A DNA stretch of 64,000 bases from an uncultured delta proteobacterium (lineage in GTDB: Bacteria > Desulfobacterota > WTBG01 > CAIYCZ01). The stretch lies in assembly GCA_963803975.1 (NCBI GenBank), contig CAWDOY010000047.1, positions 186,385-250,384 of the forward strand. Reading direction: 5' to 3'. How positions within the stretch are numbered: the first letter of the stretch is position 1; the number at the start of each line of letters is the position of its first letter. The position numbers and the translations under genes were made by a program. Below, piece after piece: positions 39,474 to 50,583 of the stretch. The notes beneath the pieces were generated by a model. The model was not told the DNA's origin. It was given only the letters and a program-made list of their open reading frames with translations, and did not search any database.

Positions 39474-40481
39474 GCTTTTGCTCTCCCTCTCTTTGCGGTC
39501 TTTTCCCTCAGTTCATAGAGCGCCCGCTTTACCAGCACCCCTGCCAGCTGCCGCTTATAGCCTGCTGAGGTGAACAGGTTGGTAATACTACCAAGCTCGG
39601 TGCGGGCAACTTCTCCTGCCTTCTCAATAGCGCTCTCCGTTAAACCTGATTCTGTAATGATCTGTGCTGCTTTCTCAAGGACAATCGGCATTGAAGCGAT
39701 TGAGCCCAGCACCAGCTTGACATCGGTAACGCCTGCGCCGTTAAAGCTGGCCCGTGCGGCGATGCTGCACAGGGCGAAATCAATGCCCCGGCGCATGGAC
39801 AGTTTGATAAATGATGAACGGCCCGCGCCATTGCCGTCGGGCAGGTGTATAGCGGTGACTATCGCGGAAGGCTCAAGTATCGTATGGCGTATGCCGTCAT
39901 CACAATAAAACTGCCGTGCCGGTATCAGCCGCTTCTCACCTTTTTTCATGATGCTAATTTTTGCGTCAAGGGCGACAAGCACCGGCGCCGTATCAGAGCT
40001 GTTGATCGCGTGGCAGCGGGCTGCTCCCTTGATGGCGTGGCACACGCTGCCGCCGGTCCGAAGGCAGCGCTCCCGGGCTATCGCGCCACAGCTTTGACTG
40101 GTTATAGTACCAGCAGCGCGTGTCAAGGCAGACATTTCCGCCGATGCAGGCCATGTTGCGGATGTGCTTTGAGGCAATTGCCCTCACTGCCTGAATAAAA
40201 GCCGGGAACTTTTCCGCGATGCCGGCATTGGCCGCCAGGTCGGTTAAATTTGCGCCGCTGCCTATCGCGGTAAACCCCTGCGCATCTGATGATACCATTA
40301 AAAGCTCCGGCAGTGTTTTGATACTTACCACAACCTCCGGACAGACAGTCCGCTGCTTCATGTTCACCAGCAGGTCTGTGCCGCCGGCAAGTATTTTTGC
40401 CCTGCTGCCTGATTGGGCAAGCACTGATAAAGCTTCTTCAAGTGCCTGCGGCCGTACATACTCAAATCGCGGTAGTCGCAT
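39470..40481 (-). CDS. FAD-binding medium subunit with [4Fe-4S] insertion (HcrB-like); indel near 40075
   Basis: AGGTDLL, IRNMACIGGN, then Cys-rich insert RCWYYNQS...CLRTGGSVCH...RCHAINSSD, RRGIDFAL. Confidence 0.9.
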
Positions 40482-40505
40482 AGCTCTGCCCTCACTATAT
40501 TAATT

Positions 40506-40565
40506 TATAACTCCCTAACTCCTTAACTCCTCAACGGTCGAACTCTCAACTCTTCAACTCCTTAA
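40506..40565. repeat. Octamer tandem repeat (YAACTCYY), about 7 units
   Basis: TAACTCCC TAACTCCT TAACTCCT CAACGGTC GAACTCT CAACTCTT CAACTCCT TAA. Confidence 0.75.
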
Positions 40566-41850
40566 ACCTTTTTTCTTATCGCCTGCAGCACCCGCTCCGG
40601 CGTGAGCGGCATCTCCGGGAACATGCAGCCGACAGCATTGCTCACCGCGCTGCCGATGGTCTGCGCGGTGGTGACCATGGGGCCCTCGGCAACTTCCTTG
40701 GCGCCGAAGGGGCCGTAGGGGTCATTGGTCTCCACGATAATATGCTCCATCTCGGGCACCTCGAAGGGCCGCGGCAGCCGGTAGTCAAGCCGTGACGGGT
40801 TCAGAATCAGGCCGCTATCCATAACGCACTCTTCAAAAAGAATCTGCCCGTGACCGCTGAAGGCCTGGCCGTCCATCTGTCCCTCCACGGCCATCGGGTT
40901 TATGGCCCGCCCCACGTCATGGGCAACGGTCAGTTTCTGCAGCTTAACCATCCCTGTTTCAGGGTCCACTTCAACCTCGGCAACCTGGGCGCCGAAGGAA
41001 TAGGCAAGACTGGCTGCGGTGGTGGGCGTGTTGTAGAATCCCCGGCCCATCACAAACCTTCCTTCTGTCGAGTGCAGGGTATCAAAGACCACGTCTTCAA
41101 AAGCTATGGCTTTATCCGGAGCGTTTTTCGGATAGACCTTCCGGTCGTTAAAAACAAGCTGCGACGGCCTGACGCCAAGCTTATGCGCCGCGGTTTTTTC
41201 CAGCTGCTGCCGGGCGTCGCGGCACGCGGCCTTCACCGCGTTGCCGGTGGTGAAGGTGCCGCGCTGGGAGAATGAGCCGACGTCAAACGGGTCAACATCA
41301 GTATCGCCGGAGATGACGGTAATGTCTGCGGTATCGATGCCCAGGCTTTCCGCGGCAATCATGGCCATGGTGGTGTGGGAGCCCTGCCCCATATCAGGGA
41401 GACCGGTGAATAACGACGCCCTGCCGTCTTCAGCGATCTTGATAAAAGCGGCCGAGGTGTCGTGAATAAACATGCCCTTGCCGCCGGAGCTCATCACGCC
41501 GCAGCCGATGCCAATGCCTTGGTTGGCGGGAAGCCTGTTGTATTTTTTCTTCCAGCCGGCCTTCTTCGCTGCTTTCGTTATGCACTCCTTCAGGCCGCAG
41601 CTCGCGTAATGCGCGCCGCTCAAAGTCGTGTAGCCCTTATCAACAGCGTTTTTCAGCTGGAACTCCACGGGATCCATCTCGATGTCCCGGCTGAGCTGGT
41701 ACAGGTGCTGGCCCAGGGCAAACTGCTCGGGCGACATGCCGCCGCCGTGATGGAAATCGTAGGGGATGTTGTTGGTGTAGAGTAAGTCTGCCCTGATAGC
41801 GGTATGCTGCGAGCTTGTACAGGAGCGGGGGCAGCACGCTGGTGATGATT
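40562..41850 (-). CDS. Second Mo-binding large subunit (HcrA-like), 5' half lost at the junction
   Basis: Clear paralog of 36659..38929 (YTNN, YASCGLKECITKAA, GLPDMGQGSHTTMA, GPFGAKEVAEGP); similarity ends near 41850. Confidence 0.9.
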
Positions 41851-41880
41851 CCACCGCGCGGCGAATACTGGAGGTCGAAG
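41830..41880. other. Abrupt compositional junction, probable chimeric join
   Basis: Mid-gene switch from moderate-GC to very high-GC, TCGA-rich DNA; no att site, IS or integrase seen. Confidence 0.85.
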
Positions 41881-42999
41881 GACCCGGACGACGGGGAGCC
41901 CGGCCAGGAGCGGCTCGAGGATGTTGTCGGCCGCCCGGGTCCCGAAAGTCCCGCCGCGAAGGGCGACGTCGCCGGTCTGTAGGCCAAAGCGAGCTCACCG
42001 ATCAGGTGTCGAGGAGAAGACATCGGCCGGACACGGATCCGCCGGGCGTCGAACGCCGAACCACGCCCAGCCCGGCCGCACCGGCTCGATGCGCCGCCTG
42101 GTCCCAGGCCTCGGGGCGACGGGGGGCGAGGAGGAGAAACGGGGAGACTCCCGCGTCCGCGAGGGTGCGGTGGAGGAGGAGAGGACGAGGTGAGCTCCTC
42201 CTCGGGCGAGTCGAGCCGGCGACCACGAGCGGCCGGCCCGCGGCGAGGGCACGGACCTGCGCCGCGACGCCGGCTCGGGCGGGGCGGCCGATCGAGCTCG
42301 TGTCCCGGCGACGTCGGTCCGGCTCTCAGGGACGCCGATCGACGCGAAGCGGCCGCGTCCTCGGGCGTTCGGCCGCCACCGCGGGAGAGGGCCTCGGCGG
42401 CCGCGGAAGAGGCACCCCGCGGCGCGGAGACGCCGCGCCGGAAGCGTGCGGAGGAGGCGTCCGCTGGCGACAGGACCGGCGGGGCGCGCGGCGGGCCGCC
42501 CGTAGGGAGGCGAGGCCAGGGCCGAGTCTCCACGGGGACGAGCGAGCCGCGGCGTGGCCGGTCGAGGCGGCGTCGGACGGAAGGAGGAGATCGAGGGGGA
42601 CGGCTGGAGTCGCGCCGGTCGGGGAGAGGCCCCGGAACCTCCGCCGAGGAGCCCGACGCCGGCGGGCGTCGGGGAGGTACGAGGAGCGACAGGTCGGGGC
42701 GCTCGGCCCTGAGAGCCAGAGCGAGGGGTGGGCGGCCTCGACCTCGCCCGACCGAGCCCCCTGCAATCCAGACGTCGACCGGCACCGAGCCGCCGGCGGC
42801 AGGAGGCGACGGGCCGAATAGACACCGGAAGGCCGGAGGGACCGTGCGACCGGGGGTGTTCTGAACGTGCGTCTCGGGGGGTTACGGTCCCATCCGAGAG
42901 GCGGCACTGTAGTCGGCGCGGGTGCTCGCGACCGGCGGGCCCAGCTTCCGGGAGAGGGCGGTAGACGACGCCCGGCGGGGAACCGTAGAACCACCTGGC

Positions 43000-43641
43000 A
43001 TGACCGTTGATTGGTTCACGTCCGGCGGACGCCGCGGGAGGGGACGACGATCGAGCCCAGGGACGAACAGCGCCTGGCCGGCTGGCGAAAGCGGGGATGA
43101 GGATGCGTCGCCCAGCTCGTTCGCGGCCGCACCGACTCCGTCGTGGCGTTCCTCCGTCGAATGCTCGGCGGCCCCGAGGATGCCACGACGTCGCCCAGCT
43201 CACGTTCCTGCGCGTCTTCGAAACCTCCCTCGCTTCGACCCGACTTTCGCCTTCTCGACGTAGGCTCTTCCGGATCACCGGAACCTCGCCATCGACGCCC
43301 CTCCGGCACGCGGGACCGGTGCAGCGGACACTGGCGGAGGCTTCCACGTCGTCCGGGGCGGCCTCCTTGCGACCGAGCCGGAGGCGCCGCTGCGGCTTTC
43401 CCAGGAGGAGATCCGGCGCGTGTTCGAGCGTACGCGACGGTCCTTTCCGAGAAGCAGCGATCGTCTTCGTCCTCGGGATCTGGAGGAGAGGAAGCCGCGA
43501 GGTGGCCGAGATGTCGGTTGCCGGGAGTGGACCGTAGAGACCACCTCCTCCAGGCGCGACGCCTCCTCCGGGAGGGCTCCCGGCGCCGATTCCCGAATAC
43601 GCCCCCTCGGCGCACCCGGGAGCGGGGGAGGCTCGGCGTGA
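43000..43641 (+). CDS. ECF sigma factor (heavily frameshifted read)
   Basis: Fragments across frames: KAGDEDA, AFLRRMLG, DVAQLTFLRVFE, RFDPTFAFST, LFRITG, LSEKQR, RDLEE, HLLQARRLLRE. Confidence 0.75.
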
Positions 43642-44180
43642 GCGCCCCCGTCTGCTACCGTCTGGGCGACCTCCTCGAGAAGCGCGACAGCGACCGCCTC
43701 TCCCCGGCCGAGGAGCGTCTCCTTGCCGGGCACCTCGTCTCCTGCGACTCTGCGCGGCCGAGCGCTCCGTCACGATCCCGTCCTGCTTTCACCGTGATGC
43801 GGCACGGAGCCCCATCCGACGTCCTGACGGTCGGGCGCGCGAGCGCTTCGTGGAGAACGTGCTCGCGTCGACCTACCGCCCGGAGAGCGGGGCGGCGCCT
43901 CTCGGTTTCCCGGGCAGGTGTCGGTCTCGGATCGCCGCCTCCCTGCTCCTGGTCGCGGTCGTCGCGGGGGTCTCGTTCGTGCGAGGGCGCGGCGTGTCAC
44001 CCTCCTGGAAGGGACCCTTCCCGTCGCGGACGCGCCGGGACGCGCCCGTTCCGGTGGACACGCTCCCGACGAGTCGAGGGCGTCAGCGCCATCGGCGCGG
44101 TCGTGCTACCAGTTCCCGGCGTCGAAGGCGGGTGAACCAGACGAGTGTGCTTCGTCGTCGACCGGAACGCGGACATCTGA
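43638..44180 (+). CDS. Zinc-binding (zf-HC2/ZAS) anti-sigma factor (frameshifted)
   Basis: VSAPVCYRLGDLL...LSPAEERLLAGHLVSCDS(C), TM IAASLLLVAVVAGV; GTGA overlap with the sigma gene. Confidence 0.7.
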
Positions 44181-44185
44181 TTCGG

Positions 44186-44921
44186 ATGAGGAGGACTCCT
44201 CGCGTAGCGGCGGTCGCCGCCTCCTGCTCGGCACCGGGGTCTCGCGCCGCAGCGCCCGCCGCTCCCCGGAGCCGGACGTCGTCGGGTCTTCACGCCTCCG
44301 GCACCCGGAAGAGCCGAGGGTCGAGTTCCTCGTCGTCCGCCCCCTCCTGACGGACCGGGGTTCGCTCGTTCTCCGCGGCGCTCGACACGCTCACCGTCCG
44401 GGACACGGGGCGGGCCGTCGACCTGACCCGCCCGGGCAGTCGTCGTTCGACGTTCCCCCGCGGCCGTTCGCCGTTTCGGTCGCCCTCTTCCGTGCGACGA
44501 GCACGCCCCCGCCGCGGGGGCGACCGACCCCGATCGCCGAGCGGCTCCGCGGCGTCCGGGCGCGGCTCGAGGAGGCCTTCGCCTCTACACCGACTACACG
44601 CCGATCGACGGGTGGTCCTCCAGGGGCGCGAGGGAGAGCCCGTCCTGGACCTCGGGGGGAGCTACCGGATCGATTTCCTGCTCGAGGCGGAGAACGGCGA
44701 CAAGGTCGTCCGCTCGCGCGACCTCGTCCTGGTCCGGGTGCGATCGCGACGAGAAGGGACGCGAGACGGTCCGGGACGTGGCGCGCACCTCGATCAACCT
44801 GAAACGTCGGAGCCATTCGTCCTCGGTGTCGGCCGCGAGGAGGGGGGCTCTCGCCGCTCTTTTCCTCGTCCTGTCAGTGGCGCCCGCCGGGCCGGGCCCC
44901 GGTACCGGAGGGTCCCGCTGA
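44186..44921 (+). CDS. Exported hypothetical protein, possibly secretin-N-domain-like (frameshifted)
   Basis: Fragments VRPLLTDRGSLVL, VSVALFRA, VLDLGGSYRIDF, PFVLGVGRE; boundaries approximate. Confidence 0.45.
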
Positions 44922-46161
44922 TGCCGAGTTCGTCCGCCGGGTCGGGACCCCCGACGGCACATGGTCGCCCGCACGGTCGAGGCATCCGAAGCGAGGAAGC
45001 CGTCCGTGCGGAGCTGACGAGGCAGGGGGCACGGCTCTTCTCGGCACGCCCCTCCCGGGGGGGCTCTTCGATTTTCGAGCTCTCGAGCCTGGTCCCGGGG
45101 CCGGCTTCTTCCGGTCGAAGGGCGGCGTGAAGATGCCGACGAGTTTCCTCGTCTTCGACCCGGGGCTCGTCGCGCTTCGGAAGGGCGCGGCCTGCCGGTC
45201 GTAAGGGTCTCGATGTCCTCCTCGGAGCGCCAGGCGAACCCGCACTTTCGGAGGATTACTCCTGGACGTGCGGGAACAGCTGCGTCACCGGGACGGCCCT
45301 CTCGGAGCGCCTTTCCTCTCGCACGGCGACCACCTTCCCGCGTCTCTACGCCACCTCGCTGAGGCGGGAGAGCGCTCGGGAGAGGTCGAGAGGTCCTCCG
45401 CGCGGTTCCTCGCCTACCAAGAAGATCCTCGCGGCAGGTGAAACGGAAGGTGACCGGGGCGCTCGTCTATCCGGCCGTCCTCATCGGTCTCTCCATCGCC
45501 TCATCATCATCCTGATACTTACGTCATTCCCGGTTCACGGAGTTGCTCTCGGGTTTCGGTGGCGACATGCCGGTCCTGACCATGACCGTCGTCGGGACGG
45601 CCACCTTCCTGGCGCGCCTCCTGTGATCTCCCTCGGCACCCGCGGCCGGCTGCCTCTTCAGTCGCTGGCGGCGGACCGACGGGGGGCCGCGTCCTGCACG
45701 GCCTCCTTCTGAGAGATTCCGATTCTCGGCGGCGTCCTCGCCGAGTTTCCCTCGTCGCAGTTCGCTCGATCCCTGTCCACTCTCGTCGGTGCGGGGACAC
45801 CGCTACGTCGACGGCCCTGGAGGTCTCGACCAGCTCCGTCGGGAACCGGACGGTCTCCCGACGCCGTCGCCTCGGTCGTGCCGAAGGTCGGCAGGGGCGC
45901 CGAGTCTGGAGGAGCCTCGAGGAGACGGGGAGTTCACGCTCCCTCGCCGTCGAGATGATCAGGTGGGCGAGGCGACGGGCGCCTGGAGCACATGCTCGAC
46001 GAACGTCTCGACTTCTCAAGCGAGGCGATCGAGGCGCCAGCTTCGAGACGATCATCAACCTGATCGAGCCGGTCATCCTCGTCGTCATGGGGGGCATCAT
46101 CGCTCGATCCTGCTGCCGATCTGCTCCGATGTTCACGATCCTCTCCGACATCAAGGGCTGA
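44921..46161 (+). CDS. T2SS/T4P platform protein, GspF/PilC family (heavily frameshifted)
   Basis: Fragments VGTPDG, ALVYPAVLIGLS, QFARSLSTL, LAVEMI, NLIEPVILVVMGGIIA. Confidence 0.8.
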
Positions 46162-46165
46162 GGAG

Positions 46166-47777
46166 ATGGCCGACCACGTCCGACGGCCACCATCCCCGAT
46201 TTCCCGCGCGTCCTGGATGCCGCCTCCGAGGAGCGCCGCGCCCGGGAGGTCGCCGGAGGCTCGGGATCCCTTCGTCGATCTCTGGACTTCCACGTCGACC
46301 CGGTGCTTTTCGAGAGCGTGCCGCTCGACTGGATGGCTCCGGTTCGAGTTCGTCCCGGAGAGCGAGGAGGACGGTGTCCTCACGGTCGTGATGACCGACC
46401 CGACGACGTCGTACGGCGCGACGGCTCGAAGCCCTGGTCAGCGCCGGCTTCGGATGAAGGTCGGCTCGCGGGCCGCGGTGCAGGAGGTCCTACGGGCAGG
46501 TCCGAGTCGACGCAGCGGGTCCTCGAGGAGGCGTCGAAGAGTTCCGGATCCAGGTCGTCCGGGAGGACGGGAAGGGCCAGGAGGTCCTGACGATCGACCG
46601 GATCGCGGCCGACGTACTCGATCGTCGAGCTCGTCGACTCGGTACTACTTCGACGCGGTCCAGCGCCGGCCTTCGACATCCACATCGAGACGCAGGAGAA
46701 CGTCGTCGTCGTCGAGTACCGGATCGACGGCGTTTACCGGCGATCGAGCCGATCGACAAGACGCCCAGCCAGACGATCGTCGCCGCATCAAGGTCATGTC
46801 CGAGCTCGACATCGCCGAGAAGCGGATCCCGCAGGACGGACGCTTCGAGGAGATCCACGTCAAGGGGCGGCGATCGACTTCCGCGTCTCGATCATGCCGA
46901 CGGTCCACGGCGAGGACGTCGTCATGCGGATCCTCGACGAGGGTCGGCGAACGCCGAGTTCAGAACCTCCGCCTCGACGTCCTCGGGATGGATCCCGAGA
47001 CGATGAAGACGGCTCCGCAAGTTCATCCGCGGGCCAGGCGTACGGGATCGGTCCTCGTCACCGGACCGACCGGCTCGGGGAGGACGACGACGCTCTACGC
47101 CTGCCTCTCGGAGATCCAGTCGGTCGAGGACAGGATCGTCACGATCGAGGACCCGGTCGAGTACCAGCTCCGAGGGATCACGCGGATCCCGGTCGACGAG
47201 AAGAAGGGGCTCACCTACGCCTGGGCTCCGCTCGATCCTGAGCACGACCCCGACAAGGTCATGGTCGGCGGATCCGCGACGGCAGACGGCCCAGATCGCC
47301 GTGCAGCGGCGCTCACCGGGCACCTCGTCTTCACCACGGCCCAGCAACAACGTCGTCGACGTCTCGGGCACTTCCTCGACGTGAAGGTCGAGCCTCTACA
47401 ACTTCGTGCCGGACCTCAACTGCATCCCTCGCGCAGCGGCTCGTCGGAAGATCTGTCCGCACCTGCCGGACGACCATGGAGCCGACGAAGCAGCTCCTCG
47501 ACGAGTCGGCCCTGTCCGCGGCAGGATCGCCGGGGTGACGTTCTCGAGGGCCGCGGCTGCATCGAGTGCAACGGCACCAGCTTCTACGGCCGGATGGCGA
47601 TCACCGAGCTCCTCGACCTCTCCGACCGGATCCGCGGCCTCATCCTCGATCGCCGCCCGCGGCCGGAGATCAAGGCGGCCAAGGAGGAGGGGATGGCTTT
47701 CCTCCGCGAATCGGCGCTGAGGAAGGTCTTCATCGGCGAGACGACCTGAAAGAGATCGACAAGGGCCTGTCGACTGA
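46166..47777 (+). CDS. GspE/PilB family assembly ATPase (frameshifted)
   Basis: RIKVMSELDIAEKRIPQDGRF, LVTGPTGSG.TTTLY, TIEDPVEYQL, DPDKVMVG, AALTGHLVFTT, GRGCIECNGT, GRMAITELL. Confidence 0.92.
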
Positions 47778-47779
47778 CA

Positions 47780-48718
47780 GCCTCGTCGCCCGCGCCCACG
47801 GCGCCCTGGGAGGCCTGCGGGCTTTCCACCGGCCGCCCGCCTGCGTCCTTCGGAGAGCCGCCTCGTCCACGTCTCCCTTCCCCCGCGCGCGGGTAGTGCG
47901 CCGGTCGGGGGGCGATCGTACTTTCCCGGAGCCTCCCGCGGGTGACGTCCGGCGAGGGTCCGACGGGTCATCCCGTCGCCGGACCCGACCTCGGCCAGGC
48001 GATCTCTCTCTTCTCCCGGCGAAGAGCGCTAGACGGCGGCCTTTCCCAGTCCCCGCGGGTCGGTGCGGCCACGACGGTCGACCTCGGCCGGGGGCGCCCA
48101 GAGCACCCCGGGAGCTCGCCGAGATGCTCCGCTGGAAGGTGAGCCGCCTTTCCCGGAGCCGGCCCCCGGCTCAGGGTCACCTGGTGCGAAGCGGCGCCTG
48201 CCCCCGACGGCGGAACCCGTCTCGGTCCTCGCCTCGCCGAGGAGACGATCGCCTCGCTCGAGGCGGCATTTCTCGCTCTCGGGATCCGGATCGGCGCCCT
48301 CGAGCCTGCCGTTCTCGCCCTGTCGGCGATCGCCTCCCTGGCGCTGGCCGGGACGGGCCTCGTCGTCTTCACGGACGGTCCGAACGTGTCGACCGTCTTC
48401 CTCGAGAAAGGGGCCGTTCGATTCCTCAGGACCCGGGAGGCGGCCGCGGACCCCGAGCAGGCGCTGCAGGAGATCCGGCTCGCCGCCGCCTTCGTCGGGG
48501 GGCCGTCGGCGGACGGCTCCGGCCTCGACCTGACCGGCGAGGTCGTCGTCGTCCCGGAGTGGGCTCCAGCTTCGATCCGGTTCCGGGAGTTCCTGCTGGA
48601 GAACGGGGGCAAGGAGCCGGTGTCGCTCCTCCCGACCCTTCGGGCCCTGGGGTTCCCGAGGTGGGGTGAGGACACGGCCCCGCTCGTCGGCGTCGGCCTT
48701 CTGCAGGGAGTGGGCTGA
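47780..48718 (+). CDS. PilM/GspL-like cytoplasmic protein (frameshifted; start approximate)
   Basis: Position between the ATPase and the PilN-like gene; fragments EMLRWKV and VFLEKGAVRFLRTR. Confidence 0.5.
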
Positions 48719-48722
48719 CGCC

Positions 48723-49337
48723 GTGGCAGCCATCAGACCGAATCTCGCGCGCCGGCCGTTCGTCGACTCCCGTCCGGCGAACGTCGCGGCGGCGATCCTC
48801 CTCCTCGCCGCAATCGTTCTGAGCATCGTCAGCGTCCGGACCGTCTACTCCTACCTGGAGGACTCTCGACAGTCGCGAGCGGAAATCGCATCGCTCAAGG
48901 CCGAGATCGGCCGTTTCGAGGCCTCGGAGCGCCATGCCCGGGAGAAGCTCGCCCGGTTCGACCTCGCCGGGCTCCAGGCGGGGGCCGAGGAGGCCAACCA
49001 GCTCGCCCGACTTCGAGTTTTTTCGTGGAGCCGCTTCCTGACACGGTTGGAGAAGACCCTCCCGAACGACGTCCGCGTGGTATCGGTGACCCTCTCGAAG
49101 CCGGACGGCGCAAGCTCCGACGGGAAGAAAGCCCGCGCCGAGGACTCCTACCAGGTCGTCCTCTCCCTCGTCTCCCAGGACCCCGACGGCCTGCCGAAGC
49201 TGATCCGGGCTTTCTATGCCTCCCCGTGGTTCGACGCGCCGACTCCCGCCTCCGAGACCGGAAGTGAGGCCGGCAGCGTCGAGGGCCGGACCTTCGTCCT
49301 CGACGTCGTCTATCTCGACCGGGAGGCGAAGCCGTGA
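48723..49337 (+). CDS. PilN-like protein
   Basis: PNLARRPF, TM, coiled coil, FSWSRFLTRLEKTLPNDVRVVSV. Confidence 0.8.
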   Translation: MAAIRPNLARRPFVDSRPANVAAAILLLAAIVLSIVSVRTVYSYLEDSRQSRAEIASLKAEIGRFEASERHAREKLARFDLAGLQAGAEEANQLARLRVFSWSRFLTRLEKTLPNDVRVVSVTLSKPDGASSDGKKARAEDSYQVVLSLVSQDPDGLPKLIRAFYASPWFDAPTPASETGSEAGSVEGRTFVLDVVYLDREAKP

Positions 49338-49978
49338 GCACCGCCACGACGGCTTTCCGCGACCGCAAGGTCCTCTTCGTCCTCCTTCTCGTCGCCCTCG
49401 CCTGCAACGCGGCCGTCCTCGTCTCCTACCGGACGTTCTACGACGACCGCCTTCGGGCCCTCGTCTCCGAGAAGGCCAGCCTCGAGCAGCGGCGGGACGA
49501 TTCCCGTCGCCGGGCCGAGGACGCCGAAGCTTCCGAGCGGAGGCTCTTCGAGACCCAGGAGGCCCTGACCTCGTTCTTTTCCGAGACCCTCGGCAAGCGC
49601 GAGGAACGGCTCGCTCCCCTGATCGAGGAGATCTATGCGACGACCCGGTCCGCCGGCCTGCGTCCCGACGCGATCTCTTACACGTCGATCGACGAGCCGG
49701 GGACCGACTCGTTGACGATGACCTTCTCGGTCGCCGGCCCTTACGGCGACGTCAAGCGGCTCCTGTCGGGCCTCGAACGGTCGAAGCGGTTTCTCGTCGT
49801 CGAGCAGGTCGGCCTCTCGGGCGGCGCGGAAGCGGACCCGAACGTCGTCCGGATAGCGATCACCGTGACGAACTACTTCCGGCCCGGCTCCCTCCGTCCG
49901 ATCCGGACCGTCCGTGAACCGCGGAGGGGCAGGGCCGGGAGCGCCGTCGGCGCGCCCCGGGGAGGGGGGGCTCGATGA
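49334..49978 (+). CDS. PilO/GspM-like protein
   Basis: TM, coiled coil, FSVAGPYGDVKRLLSGLERSKRFLVVEQV. Confidence 0.8.
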   Translation: MSTATTAFRDRKVLFVLLLVALACNAAVLVSYRTFYDDRLRALVSEKASLEQRRDDSRRRAEDAEASERRLFETQEALTSFFSETLGKREERLAPLIEEIYATTRSAGLRPDAISYTSIDEPGTDSLTMTFSVAGPYGDVKRLLSGLERSKRFLVVEQVGLSGGAEADPNVVRIAITVTNYFRPGSLRPIRTVREPRRGRAGSAVGAPRGGGAR

Positions 49979-50573
49979 GCGCTCTCTCGTCCCGCAAGGG
50001 CCTCCTGGCTCTCCTCGCCGTCCTCGTCGTCGTCCTCGTCTTCCGCTTCTGGCCGCGCGGCCCGGAAACGGCGCCCGCAACAGCGCGGGGCTCCGACGCC
50101 CGCCTCGCCGCCCGACCGGCCGGAATGCCGCCGGCGCCTTCGGACATCCCCCCCCTCGCGTTCTCCCGGGAGCGTGGAGAGATCGGCGGCGCCGTCGTGA
50201 GGAACGTCTTCGCTTTTCACGTGCCCCCCCCCGCCGACGCCCAAGCCCGTCCCCCCGCCGCCGACGCCCTTTCCGGTCCCCGGATCGGCCGAGTTCATCG
50301 GTCCGCGACTCCCGGCTCCGACGCCGGCTCCGACGCCGATCGTTCCCCCCGGCGATCCCGTTCCGCGCCATCGGCGTCTTCGGCCCCCGCGAGAATCCGA
50401 TCGTCACGTTCGAAGAAGGCTCCCGCCTCATCAACGCTCGCCGAGGCGACGTTCTCGACGGCCGATTCATACTCAGGGGAGTCGGCCGCGAATCGGTCGA
50501 CTTCGCCTTCGTCGGGCTGCCGCCCGAGATCACCCGGCGGATCCCTGTCCTTCCGCCCGACGCCCTCCGCTGA
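49975..50573 (+). CDS. PilP/GspC-like Pro-rich membrane protein (indel)
   Basis: TM, RNVFAF, Pro-rich linker, IPFRAIGVFG...ARRGDVLDGRFILRGVG. Confidence 0.65.
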
Positions 50574-50583
50574 AGGGACGCCC

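Noticed and set aside
40562..41998. 478-aa ORF as a novel Mo-subunit fusion with an Arg/Pro-rich N-terminus
   Set aside because: The N-terminus is read-through across an indel and the chimeric junction.
41850..43000. Long Arg/Pro-rich ORFs (41640..42785, 41995..43773 and others)
   Set aside because: High-GC, error-rich sequence. A real minus-strand gene may lie here, but I could not reconstruct or name it.
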